Below, in pieces: positions 50,453-59,488 of a stretch of 64,000 bases of DNA (position 1 is the first letter of the stretch; the number at the start of each line of letters is the position of its first letter). The position numbers and the translations under genes were made by a program. This DNA is from an uncultured Methanosarcinales archaeon (GTDB lineage Archaea > Nanobdellota > Nanobdellia > Woesearchaeales > ARS49): assembly GCA_964362535.1 (NCBI GenBank), contig CAYIEN010000002.1:8133-72132 (forward strand), written 5' to 3'. A model generated the notes under the pieces. The model made no database searches. It had not been told where the DNA came from and was given only the letters and a program-made list of their open reading frames with translations.

Positions 50453-51595
50453 ATGGAAGTATTTCAGTATCATCCGCGTTCCGAACGAGAAACCAGAACC
50501 AAGGATTTGCTCGCGTCTCAATCAGACTATTCGAGTGCGATGCTGTCTGTGTCTTGTAAACGAAAAGAACGCGAGGAGTTGGCGTATCAGTTGGAGCGTC
50601 AGTATGGTGTGCCGTGTACGGCGTTGATGACGTCGAAAACAATCGTGATGAAGGCGCCGTCCAGCGAAACTCCGAAAATAATGCAGTATGTTGCTCGGGC
50701 GAATATGCGGGCACGTGTGGCGAACCGGTTTGTTCCAAAACTTCCCGTGCCGGTCAAGTCTGCGGTGAAAGCTCTCTCGTTGGACCATGTGGCGATGCTG
50801 AATGCGTATGAGGCGCACAAAACAACGACGGGCGAGCGTTCTACGGTCGCGATTATTGATACGGGTGTTGATTATACGCATCCGGTTTTGAAAAACAATT
50901 TTGATCGCGAGATTGGGTATGATTTTGTGACAAACTCAGAGTTTCCGAAGGATAGGCATGGTCACGGCACGCATGTTGCGGGTATTGTCAAGGCTATTGC
51001 TCCGGGTGTGCGTTTGAAGGCGCTTCGCGTGTTGAATGATCAAGGTGTTGGTTCGGAGGCGGACGTTCTTCTTGCGTACGAGTGGTGTTACAAGCGGGCG
51101 ATTCCAATTCTGAATTGCAGTCTGGGTGCGTCGGCGGCGTCGAGCGAAGAACGTGAGGTGGTGCTTGCGGCTCAGTCACAAAAGTGTTTGATTGTTGCCG
51201 CTGCAGGTAACGAGTCTGATGGTGAGGAAGCTCCGGATCAGGAGGGGTATCCTGCTTGGTTTGATGGGGTGCAGTCGATTGCGAGCATTGATCGTCACCG
51301 AAAGCATTCTTCGTTTAGCAATATGGGAAAGGTTGAATTTTCAGCGTTGGGCGAGAACATCATGTCGACGCTTCCGAATAATGAGTATGGTTCTATGACG
51401 GGGACGTCGATGGCGTGTCCGTGTGTTGCTGGTGCGTTTGCGTTGCAGCATTCCGCGCATCAGGTGGATTTGGAGGATAGGTTAAAACGCGCATCAACAG
51501 AGTGCCAGACTGGTTTTGGTCGTCAGTATGAAAAAAGGCAGTGGGAGCGCCGTTTTGGCTTTGGCATTCCTGACTGTGCGAGGTGGGTGCAATGA
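50453..51595 (+). CDS. subtilisin-like serine protease (S8), no signal peptide
   Basis: Catalytic triad contexts AIIDTGVD, HGHGTHVAG and GTSMACP. The N-terminal ~100 aa look like an I9-type propeptide. The start is uncertain (ATG 50453, GTG 50396 or 50420). Confidence 0.8.
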   Translation: MEVFQYHPRSERETRTKDLLASQSDYSSAMLSVSCKRKEREELAYQLERQYGVPCTALMTSKTIVMKAPSSETPKIMQYVARANMRARVANRFVPKLPVPVKSAVKALSLDHVAMLNAYEAHKTTTGERSTVAIIDTGVDYTHPVLKNNFDREIGYDFVTNSEFPKDRHGHGTHVAGIVKAIAPGVRLKALRVLNDQGVGSEADVLLAYEWCYKRAIPILNCSLGASAASSEEREVVLAAQSQKCLIVAAAGNESDGEEAPDQEGYPAWFDGVQSIASIDRHRKHSSFSNMGKVEFSALGENIMSTLPNNEYGSMTGTSMACPCVAGAFALQHSAHQVDLEDRLKRASTECQTGFGRQYEKRQWERRFGFGIPDCARWVQ

Positions 51596-51867
51596 AAGTT
51601 AAAGTGAATTATGCAAGAATGGAGCAAACCCGTGAAGTATGGCTACAGCTAGCTGATGAGCTTCCGGGAAAAGTGTTGCCGAGTATGCGAGAAACGCTCG
51701 AAGCAGTTCTTGAAAAACACGGCATGATTGTTGATAAAAGAGAACGACTTATTCCGCAAACCGTAATTTATGGAACAACTCCTGAGTTGGCAAAGTTGAT
51801 ATGTGCTCTTGACCCGTATGTACTGGATTTCACGTTTCAAAACGAGTATAGATCGAAAGAGGACTGA
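51592..51867 (+). CDS. hypothetical protein (91 aa)
   Basis: ATGA overlap with the subtilase stop. No recognised family. Confidence 0.45.
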   Translation: MKVKVNYARMEQTREVWLQLADELPGKVLPSMRETLEAVLEKHGMIVDKRERLIPQTVIYGTTPELAKLICALDPYVLDFTFQNEYRSKED

Positions 51868-51875
51868 AAAAGAAA

Positions 51876-52193
51876 TTAAGGCGCGAGTGGTTCGAGTAAA
51901 TCCGCTTTTTGTTGCAATGCTTTGATGAGTTCTGGTGAGCCTGCGGCGTACATGTCGGAGATGTGCAGTGTTACTATTTGTTTGGTAAGATACGTTTTTG
52001 GAAAGCGTTTGCTTATTTCGATGCGTTGTTCGTCTTCCATGACGGCGATGACATCTGCCCAGTCGAGTTCTTTCTGCGTAACGGAAGGTTCGTTGTACAG
52101 ACCAGCATATTTGGTTTCGTATTTGTCCGAAAAGAGTTTTGCAGCGGTTGGGCTTCGATGCCTTGCTTGATTGCAGATAAAGAGGACTCGCAT
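51876..52193 (-). CDS. low-molecular-weight phosphatase-like protein (CX5R motif)
   Basis: MRVLFICNQARHRSPTAA carries the C-X5-R-S P-loop of LMW-PTP/ArsC-type phosphatases. At 105 aa it is shorter than canonical LMW-PTP. Confidence 0.55.
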   Translation of the reverse strand: MRVLFICNQARHRSPTAAKLFSDKYETKYAGLYNEPSVTQKELDWADVIAVMEDEQRIEISKRFPKTYLTKQIVTLHISDMYAAGSPELIKALQQKADLLEPLAP

Positions 52194-52303
52194 GAGTGTT
52201 TATTGTGTTTCGGGCTTATATTTCCTTCTCCCGAAAGATTAATAAACGCTCAAAGTCAGATTTGCGCCAGAAGGGGTTAGCCCTTAACAAAAGGAGGATT
52301 CAT

Positions 52304-52624
52304 ATGGCAAAATCAGATGACGGTAAGTTGTGGGCGTTTTTGGCCTACTTGTTGGGCATTATTGGCTTCGTGCTGGTCTTGTTGCTCAAGAAGGACAATA
52401 AGTTCGCGATGTATCACGCCAAGCAGAGCTTAGTGCTCTTCATTTTGGCCGTGTTGGTTATGATTGTGGGAAGCATCATCCCCTTCATTGGTTGGTTCAT
52501 CATTTTGCCGATTGGCAACGTGATCGTGCTTATCTTGTGGATCATCGGCATCATCAATGCCTTGACGAACAAGGAAAAGCCGTTGCCGGTTATCGGCAAG
52601 TTCGCGGACAAAATCAACTTTTAA
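52304..52624 (+). CDS. DUF4870-like membrane protein
   Basis: AAGGAGGA SD. LWAFLAYLLGIIGFVLVLLLKKDNKFAMYHAKQSLVLFI pattern. The track start at 52196 is over-extended. Confidence 0.65.
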   Translation: MAKSDDGKLWAFLAYLLGIIGFVLVLLLKKDNKFAMYHAKQSLVLFILAVLVMIVGSIIPFIGWFIILPIGNVIVLILWIIGIINALTNKEKPLPVIGKFADKINF

Positions 52625-52686
52625 GTAAGTTCTTTTTTTTTTCTTTTTTCATTTTCAATAAAACAGTATTAACCGGGGGGTAACAC

Positions 52687-53103
52687 ATGGCATTGTTTGG
52701 AACGTTTGGAAGTTTGATATTTGCGATAATTGCTGCACTTGTTAGCGGTCTTTTGTTGTGGATTACTGCGAAGCTTTTCAAATTGAAGGGCGGATTTAGC
52801 GTTGCGTTTACGATTGCTTTGATTATTGGCGTCGTGAACTGGGCGATTGGTTTCGTGATGGGCTTCATTCCGTTTGTGGGTGCGTGGCTTGGCGGAATCA
52901 TTTCGTTAATCGTCTCCATTTGGCTTGGCATTACTCTGATTAAGAGCAAGTATAACCAGGACACGAGCAAGGCTGTTGTTGTCTGGCTGGTGTGGTTTGT
53001 GTTGAGCATGGTTGCCACGTTTATTCTTGCGTTCATCGCAGGAGTTTTGTTGGTGGGCACCGGCCTCGCGATGGGTGCTGGCTCAATGATGTTTGGAGGA
53101 TAA
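52687..53103 (+). CDS. hypothetical membrane protein
   Basis: Four TM helices and a G/A-rich C-terminus. GGGGGT lies upstream of the ATG. Confidence 0.55.
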   Translation: MALFGTFGSLIFAIIAALVSGLLLWITAKLFKLKGGFSVAFTIALIIGVVNWAIGFVMGFIPFVGAWLGGIISLIVSIWLGITLIKSKYNQDTSKAVVVWLVWFVLSMVATFILAFIAGVLLVGTGLAMGAGSMMFGG

Positions 53104-53107
53104 TAAA

Positions 53108-53686
53108 ATGAAACAACTCTTAGTTATGTTGATGGCGTTGGTTGTCTTGCTTGCTGCTTGTGAAGGTGGCGCGCAGACGGAAACGCGAACGAGTACGGAA
53201 ACGTCTTCTGAAGATACGTCTGCGGAAACAAGCGCTGAAGCTGATGTGCGAACGAATACTGAAACGGTTTCGAATGACTTGCGTGCGTTGTTGGCTGCGG
53301 GTCAGTCTGCGAAGTGTACGTTTACGACCGAGAATGGTCAGGTCACGATGTATATGGCGGGTATGAAGCAGCGTGCTGAAGTGAACGCGCAGGGAACGAT
53401 GGCGTACATGATTTCTGACGGCACCACAATGTATTCGTGGGCTGGCGATCAGGGCGTTAAGTATAACCTTGCGGATATGCAAGAGTTTGCTGCGCAGTAT
53501 GAGGGTCAGTCTCAATCGCCTCCGCCGACAGCATCGGATTATGCTGATGTCGCTGCTGATGTGCGTTGCAGTGCGTGGTCGCCTTCGGGTGACTCGTTTA
53601 CGCCTCCTTCGAACATTGAGTTCCAGGACATGGCTGCGTTGTTGCAACAAATGCAGCAATACCAGAGTCAGATGCCGGACTACTGA
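53108..53686 (+). CDS. hypothetical lipoprotein
   Basis: GGAGGA SD 7 nt upstream. Lipobox VLLAAC, then an acidic T/E/S-rich linker and a C-terminal globular part. Confidence 0.6.
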   Translation: MKQLLVMLMALVVLLAACEGGAQTETRTSTETSSEDTSAETSAEADVRTNTETVSNDLRALLAAGQSAKCTFTTENGQVTMYMAGMKQRAEVNAQGTMAYMISDGTTMYSWAGDQGVKYNLADMQEFAAQYEGQSQSPPPTASDYADVAADVRCSAWSPSGDSFTPPSNIEFQDMAALLQQMQQYQSQMPDY

Positions 53687-53775
53687 GCATTCTTTTTTTT
53701 TTCTTTCTATTTTTGTGAATACTTTGGCGATTTCCTTCATAACCTTTATAAAGGCCCTTTTCTGTTATCGTCGGT

Positions 53776-54486
53776 ATGGGGGACTGGAAATACATTGCTA
53801 TTTTGGTATTGTTCTTGGTAGCGTGCGCTCCAGTTCTTGAAGAGCAGAAGCCTGTTGATTCAGGGGTGGATAAGACTCCGGTGACTCCTGTTGTGGCGGT
53901 TGTTGAAACCGCTCCTTCTGACGAGTCCTTGGGTATTAAGTCAACGGGTGGTAAGGTTGCGTTTTTGAGTCCGATGATGCTGCCGGGTCAGACTGCAACG
54001 TACCAAATTTCGATTACGGGTGATGGTCCTGCGGTAAAATCCGTTCGTTCGTATGAGGTTATTGATTTTTATCACAATAGCGATCCGTGTGTTGGTATCC
54101 AAAGAAACAGTACGGTTCCTGGTGAACAAAATACTCAGACGATGTGGTGTGATGACGTGAAGTATTTGTTTGTGTGGAATGATAAGCGTTTGTCCTACAA
54201 TACTCCGCAGGTGCTTGGTCGTGATTCGCCCTGGTCTGAGGAATCCGTGCAGGGTTTCTCTATTTCGGATTCTGCATATGCTGGCGCGACAAAGGTTGTT
54301 GTTCCTGCTGGTTCGTTCTGGACGCTGTACAAGTCGGTGTTTGATGGCGTTGTGAAGACCGAAACGTGGGCTTCGTCGCAAGTGCCGGGCATGGAAGCAG
54401 GATTAGTTAAGAAAGTTGTTACGGAAGGCAGTATGGTTACGACGACTGAATTGATGAGTTTTAGTGGTTTGGATTCTGAGAAATAA
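53776..54486 (+). CDS. hypothetical lipoprotein
   Basis: Lipobox LFLVAC. The TTTATAAA box is centred 27.5 nt upstream of the ATG. Confidence 0.6.
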   Translation: MGDWKYIAILVLFLVACAPVLEEQKPVDSGVDKTPVTPVVAVVETAPSDESLGIKSTGGKVAFLSPMMLPGQTATYQISITGDGPAVKSVRSYEVIDFYHNSDPCVGIQRNSTVPGEQNTQTMWCDDVKYLFVWNDKRLSYNTPQVLGRDSPWSEESVQGFSISDSAYAGATKVVVPAGSFWTLYKSVFDGVVKTETWASSQVPGMEAGLVKKVVTEGSMVTTTELMSFSGLDSEK

Positions 54487-55161
54487 TTATTTTGTGAATT
54501 CTACTTTCCCGTCATACTGTATCCCTTTCTTTAATTCTACGGGTCTCCAGCCGTCAATCACTAATTTCGCGCCTAACCAAGAAGCTAATTCGTCCGGATT
54601 TCCAATCGTGGCAGATAAACCAACAATTTGAATGTCTTTGAGCAAGCGTTTCATTAACGTAATTAAAATTTCTAATGTCGGTCCGCGGGAAACATCATTG
54701 AGCAAATGAATCTCATCAATAATAACAGTTTTAACATATTTTATCCAGGGACATTCGTGGCGCATTAATGAATCTAATTTCTCAGCAGTGCAAACGATAA
54801 AATCGTAATCAGCCAAGTATGCATCGGCAGAATCAACGTCGGATGATGTTTGTGCGACTTTGATTAATCCAGCATATTTGCGTTTGAATTCTGAGCATTT
54901 TTCGTTAGCTAATGCAACGAGTGGAACGATGTAGACGGCTTTGCCTCGATTTTCCATGATTCCTTTAACAGCAGCGAACTCAGCAATCAATGTTTTTCCA
55001 GAAGCAGTAGGTGTGCAGACCAAAACAGATTTGTGCTCTAATAATCCGGCAGCGATTGCTTTTTCTTGTGCAGGGCGCAACTCAGTAATTCCTTCTTTCG
55101 CGAGAACCAGATGCAAGTCAGCGGGAATGCGTTCTTGTAAATCCGTGAGCTTCATGGTCAT
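54487..55161 (-). CDS. Hel308/Ski2-like helicase, N-terminal RecA1 domain only (truncated or split)
   Basis: Motifs Q (LRPAQEKA), I (TPTASGKT), Ia, II (DEIH) and III (SAT) are present. The ORF stops after WRPVELKKGIQYDGKVEFTK, with no RecA2, WH or ratchet domains. Its stop abuts the stop of the convergent gene. Confidence 0.7.
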   Translation of the reverse strand: MTMKLTDLQERIPADLHLVLAKEGITELRPAQEKAIAAGLLEHKSVLVCTPTASGKTLIAEFAAVKGIMENRGKAVYIVPLVALANEKCSEFKRKYAGLIKVAQTSSDVDSADAYLADYDFIVCTAEKLDSLMRHECPWIKYVKTVIIDEIHLLNDVSRGPTLEILITLMKRLLKDIQIVGLSATIGNPDELASWLGAKLVIDGWRPVELKKGIQYDGKVEFTK

Positions 55162-55244
55162 TTTCTGTTTGTTCGCGCTATAAAATGGTTTCTATCGTCG
55201 GCAGCACCAGAATGCATTTAAAGAGGAATTTTGGCAATACGGAT

Positions 55245-56123
55245 ATGGGGGAGAACTTCTTATTTGACATTGGGGAAGTAGTTCCAGTTGAGAAACCAAA
55301 GCGCGTTTCTACAAAAGGAATAAAGTTAGTTCGTAGGCCGTTGTTTTCGATGAATGAAGAACGCGTAAAGTATTTGACGAATCCGTTGCCGAATGAATTG
55401 TTGGAGGATGTTCAGCAGGCGCATGTCGCGCATCGTGTTGTTGAATTGTCGGAGCGTTTGTGTTATGAAAGTTTGTTGTTTTGCATTGCGAGTCAGGGAA
55501 CGTCGTTTGAGAAGGCAACGGGGTTCATGAAGGCATCCCACGGTGCTGATTTAGAGTTGTTGACTGATGCGTATTTGTTACAGGAGCAGGCAAAGGCAAG
55601 TGGTTTGCTGTATCATGATCGTTTTGCAGATCCATTGGCATACATGAAAGCGAAGGGCATACGAAATGTTGTTTCTGCGTTATTGAATGATCCGTTTAAT
55701 ACGCGCGAAGCATTGTCTGAAGTGAAGTTTTTGAAAAGAAAAACAATCAGTTTTTGGCATTTGTGTTTGGGCGGAAAAGAGCTTGTCACGTTAGACCGTC
55801 ATAATAATTTGCAGATTCACGGGTTGGGTGTGGATATGGCGCAAGCGTTGTATGATCCGCAGATGCAGCGGAGTGACGGCAAGCGTGTCCCTTCGCAACC
55901 CACTCCGAAAGAGTATGTCAGAATTGAGAAAGAGACGCTTACGAAGTTCGAGCGAGAAGACCCGTTTTATTCGGAGGGCAAACTTGATGGTGCCCTGGTT
56001 ACTACATTGTTTTGGACGGTTGGCACGTTGATGGCTCGCGGTCAGAAGTTGTGGGAGGGGAGAGAAGAATTTTTTTACACGGGTAGTCGACCGAAGTTCG
56101 TTTCGCCCTATTCAGTCAAGTAG
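55245..56123 (+). CDS. hypothetical protein, possibly a divergent HhH-GPD (Ogg2-like) DNA glycosylase
   Basis: ESLLFCIASQGTSFEKA and KRKTISFWHLCLGGKELVTLDRHN resemble the Ogg2 LVFCILTAN...A and KEASHFLRN.G..AILDRH segments. The TTTAAAGA box is 24.5 nt upstream of the ATG at 55245. Confidence 0.3.
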   Translation: MGENFLFDIGEVVPVEKPKRVSTKGIKLVRRPLFSMNEERVKYLTNPLPNELLEDVQQAHVAHRVVELSERLCYESLLFCIASQGTSFEKATGFMKASHGADLELLTDAYLLQEQAKASGLLYHDRFADPLAYMKAKGIRNVVSALLNDPFNTREALSEVKFLKRKTISFWHLCLGGKELVTLDRHNNLQIHGLGVDMAQALYDPQMQRSDGKRVPSQPTPKEYVRIEKETLTKFEREDPFYSEGKLDGALVTTLFWTVGTLMARGQKLWEGREEFFYTGSRPKFVSPYSVK

Positions 56124-56191
56124 TAACGTTTAAAAAGCCGTTCTTGCTTATTTTGTTTAAAAATGAGGCCGCGAATCTTCTTGGGTGTCGT

Positions 56192-57784
56192 ATGTTAACG
56201 AATCGTGCGGGGAGCTTTGCGTATTTCAATAAGCAGAGCGGTGGCGTTTTTCTGAAGAAAGGTTTGACGTTCAAGATTATTGATCGTATTGAGCTTCCGA
56301 ATGATGCGCCGAAGCATAACTTGTTTTTTGTGGAAAATCATGGCGCGTGGTGGATGCCTGACAATAAAGACGCGTTGGTTGTCCAACTCAATCAGGAACA
56401 AGCAGCCACACTTTCGCTGGATTGCAAGGAATTGTTTGATGACAGACAGTGGGGTAGAGAATACAAATTAACGAGCGAGAAAGGTTGTGTTGTTGTTTCA
56501 TTTTCCAAAACAAATGATGCTCGTGAGGCAAAGGGTGCGGAATACCAATTGTTTTTGGCGATTGCGGGTGTGAAGGAAGCTCACGTTATGGACTCGTGGC
56601 TGGAGCGAAAGTATTCTACAGAGAAGGAGTCTCGCTGGGTGTATCAGGCAGCAAAACTCACATTCAAAAACGCAGTGTTTGCATTTGCAACAAAGAAGTC
56701 CGAGGCAATTAGCACGGCAAAAGAAGTGTTTGAAGGTCGATCACGCTTGTTTGCGCAAAAACAAAAGCGAGTATCTGCGTTGGCAAGGTCATTCTCGGTG
56801 CCGGGAGCCTGCGCAGCACACGCAGTAGATGCACTAAGAACAACTGACGGAATTGTTGCGGGTTTGCCGTTGTTGTCCGAGTTTCAGACGCGTGACGAGA
56901 TTGTTTCAATCAAAGCGTTGTTGTTGATGAATGATGTTGCGACGGCAAAGAAAGTGTTGTGGCGTTATCTTGAGCGTGTTCCGTTTTTGACGAAGTCGTG
57001 GTCGGACAAGTTGCCGATTGCGGACGGTGGCTGGCTGTTTGTGCGCGTGCTTGACTTGCTGAAGTATTTGGCGGAAACAAATTCGCTTGCGAAAGTGTTG
57101 TCGCAGAAAGATATTGCTCTCATTGTTGCGAAGCTGAAAAAGTCTGTTGATGTTATTTTTTCCGAAAAAATGAAGGACGGTCTTGTTACAAATAAGGCAC
57201 GGGAGACTTGGATGGATTCGGCTTCCAGGCCGGGCGCGAGAATCGAAATCAACGCGTTAACCTTAGCAATGCTGCACGCGGTGCATGTCTTGACGGGCAA
57301 GCCTGATGGTCGAGAGCTCGCGTTGAAGTCCGCAGTCAGAAGAGCGTTCTTGAGAAAAACATTGGTGGACACGCCTGGCGGAATAGTAAGACCTAATTTG
57401 TTCATCGCAGCGTATGTCTATCCCAATCTTCTTTCAAAAGCAGAGTGGATTACGTGTTTTGATGTTGCGTTGAACGAGTTGTGGTTGGACTGGGGAGGTA
57501 TTGCAACGCTCAGCACAGAAAGCCCTGACAAAGAAGGCGAACATAATGGTGATAGTTGGTTCTGGCTGAACCATATCGCTGCCATCGTGCTTCACCGGTT
57601 TGACGCAACGAGATACAAAAAGCACCTTGACGCCATTATCAGCGCAAGCTCAACCATCCAAAGATGGAATGGTGGTTTTATTTGCGAACGTAGTAGTTCT
57701 TCAAAGCTCACTGTCGATGGTTGTCCTGCGTTTTTGTTGAGCAATGCGACGTTTCTTGAATTGTTAGAAGAAGTGAAGCGATAA
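56192..57784 (+). CDS. glycogen debranching enzyme-like (GDE_C / amylo-alpha-1,6-glucosidase family) protein
   Basis: RPGARIEINALTLAMLHAV, RPNLFIAAYVYPNLL and HNGDSWFWLNHIAA resemble the six-hairpin glycosidase motifs of archaeal GDE_C proteins. Confidence 0.5.
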   Translation: MLTNRAGSFAYFNKQSGGVFLKKGLTFKIIDRIELPNDAPKHNLFFVENHGAWWMPDNKDALVVQLNQEQAATLSLDCKELFDDRQWGREYKLTSEKGCVVVSFSKTNDAREAKGAEYQLFLAIAGVKEAHVMDSWLERKYSTEKESRWVYQAAKLTFKNAVFAFATKKSEAISTAKEVFEGRSRLFAQKQKRVSALARSFSVPGACAAHAVDALRTTDGIVAGLPLLSEFQTRDEIVSIKALLLMNDVATAKKVLWRYLERVPFLTKSWSDKLPIADGGWLFVRVLDLLKYLAETNSLAKVLSQKDIALIVAKLKKSVDVIFSEKMKDGLVTNKARETWMDSASRPGARIEINALTLAMLHAVHVLTGKPDGRELALKSAVRRAFLRKTLVDTPGGIVRPNLFIAAYVYPNLLSKAEWITCFDVALNELWLDWGGIATLSTESPDKEGEHNGDSWFWLNHIAAIVLHRFDATRYKKHLDAIISASSTIQRWNGGFICERSSSSKLTVDGCPAFLLSNATFLELLEEVKR

Positions 57785-57809
57785 TGGGTCGTGACATTTT
57801 TAAACCGTA

Positions 57810-58418
57810 ATGAGTTGTGTGCGAAAGATGACAAGATACTTGTTGGATATTGCTGAATTAAAGCCTGCGTTTGAGCAGTATGCGGTGTATTGTCCGTTGG
57901 TGAGTCACGCGTTGAGTTTGGGGCGGGATGTTGATGCAGTGGATGAGTTTTTTGAGCGGAAGCTTGCGCGTTTTGAGGAGTTGAAGCAGGGCTTGATTGA
58001 GGTTGGTTTGTCGTCTGAGCGGATGCGTCCGCAGTTGAAGTTTACGAAATCGATGAGTCCGGAGCGGTTTGCGTTGTATGCAGGGGACCAGACGCAGAGT
58101 CGTTTCGTGACGGAGTACTTGAATTTGGCGAATGACTTGCATGTTGCGGTGTATCGTGATTGTTTGCCTCCGGAGTGGGCGAAGCGTACGGATGTGTTTG
58201 AGTTTCAGTATGATGCGTCTGATGTGGTGCATTGGCAGGATGGGAAGTGTTTGGTGCAGCGGGTGGCGTTGCTTGATCGGTTGAGCAAGATTCACACGTC
58301 GCAGGTCACGCGTGTGCGGCACATGATGAGTTTGTGTCAGGTGGATGCGGATGTGCGGCCGATTGAGTCGTTGCTTGAGTCGTTGGCGAAGGTTCCGATT
58401 ATCAAGCGAAAATCTTAA
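57810..58418 (+). CDS. hypothetical protein
   Basis: Clean ORF. The alternative start at ATG 57828 is about 27 nt from a TTTTAAAC box. No recognised family. Confidence 0.5.
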   Translation: MSCVRKMTRYLLDIAELKPAFEQYAVYCPLVSHALSLGRDVDAVDEFFERKLARFEELKQGLIEVGLSSERMRPQLKFTKSMSPERFALYAGDQTQSRFVTEYLNLANDLHVAVYRDCLPPEWAKRTDVFEFQYDASDVVHWQDGKCLVQRVALLDRLSKIHTSQVTRVRHMMSLCQVDADVRPIESLLESLAKVPIIKRKS

Positions 58419-58443
58419 GTAGGTTTGGTTATTTCTTTCAGCC

Positions 58444-59007
58444 ATGGACATCACGTTGGATAAGGAAAGTTTCAAGGCTCTTGCTGCGGATACGCGTATT
58501 AACATTTTGAAAATCTTGTTGAAGCGTCAGCATTTGCAGACGGAACTCGCGCAGGAATTAGGCATGTCTATTCCCGCAATCAAAGAACATTTGGATGCGT
58601 TAGTGAAGGCAGGTTTGGTTGAGCGTAAGGAAGAAGGTCGTAAGTGGAAGTATTATGCGTTGTCAAAGAAGGGCAAGGCGATTCTTGATCCGGAGCAAAA
58701 ACGCATTTTCTTGGTCTTATCATTGTTTATTTTGAGCGTGGTGGGCGGTGTTGCGGCGTATTTCAGAACGATGGTGGATCCGTTGTTGAATCCGCAGCCG
58801 TTGGCGATGAAGGCTGCTCCTCTCCTTGCAGAATCAACTTCTTTGGCGATGGATGCGGGGCAGGCAACGAACGCGACGGGAGTTTCGTCCGTTTCTGCGG
58901 TGTACGTTTCGCCGTGGGGCTTGATACTCTACTTAGTCTGGCTCAGTTTGTTAGTCATTATCTTAGGCTATTGTTACTTTCAGCGCAAGAAATATTTGAA
59001 GGCGTAA
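58444..59007 (+). CDS. ArsR-family wHTH regulator fused to C-terminal TM helices
   Basis: FKALAADTRINILKILLKRQHLQTELAQELGMSIPAIKEHLDALVKAGLVERKEEGRKWKYYALS, then two TM segments (IFLVLSLFILSVVGGVAAYF; LILYLVWLSLLVIILGYCYF). Confidence 0.7.
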   Translation: MDITLDKESFKALAADTRINILKILLKRQHLQTELAQELGMSIPAIKEHLDALVKAGLVERKEEGRKWKYYALSKKGKAILDPEQKRIFLVLSLFILSVVGGVAAYFRTMVDPLLNPQPLAMKAAPLLAESTSLAMDAGQATNATGVSSVSAVYVSPWGLILYLVWLSLLVIILGYCYFQRKKYLKA

Positions 59008-59081
59008 GCTCAAGTTCTCGTTCGTCAAAGGTTCGATAAATAAAGCACAGCCTTTTTATTTGCGTGAATGTTTCTTGAGTT

Positions 59082-59369
59082 ATGGAACTTAAGATTGTTC
59101 TTGATTTGATGGATTCGTTCGGATTAGAAGAATTGCTTCGTATCTATAAAGACGGGAGGGCCATCGCTGACAGTCCGTTGGGTAAGAATGAGTATCCTCA
59201 TGACGCAGTCATGATTGTCGGGGTTGATAAGAAGTCGGATGGAAAAATCGACTACCAAGTTGTCATTCACAGCCAACCTCCTGGCAAGCCGGGTAGCTAC
59301 ACGATTAAGTCGTATGCGTACCAGTCGACGCTGGCAAAACCGTTGCATGCTCATCTGAATAAGGCGTAG
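59082..59369 (+). CDS. hypothetical protein (95 aa)
   Basis: ORF only. No recognised family. Confidence 0.4.
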   Translation: MELKIVLDLMDSFGLEELLRIYKDGRAIADSPLGKNEYPHDAVMIVGVDKKSDGKIDYQVVIHSQPPGKPGSYTIKSYAYQSTLAKPLHAHLNKA

Positions 59370-59488
59370 AATCTGTTTCAAGACCAGTGAATAGATGATT
59401 TCTCACTAAGGTCATAACCTTAATAAAACCTAGAGTATATATAAAAAGGACTTATATAGAGAAGAATCAGTAAGTAAAGGTGATTCCT

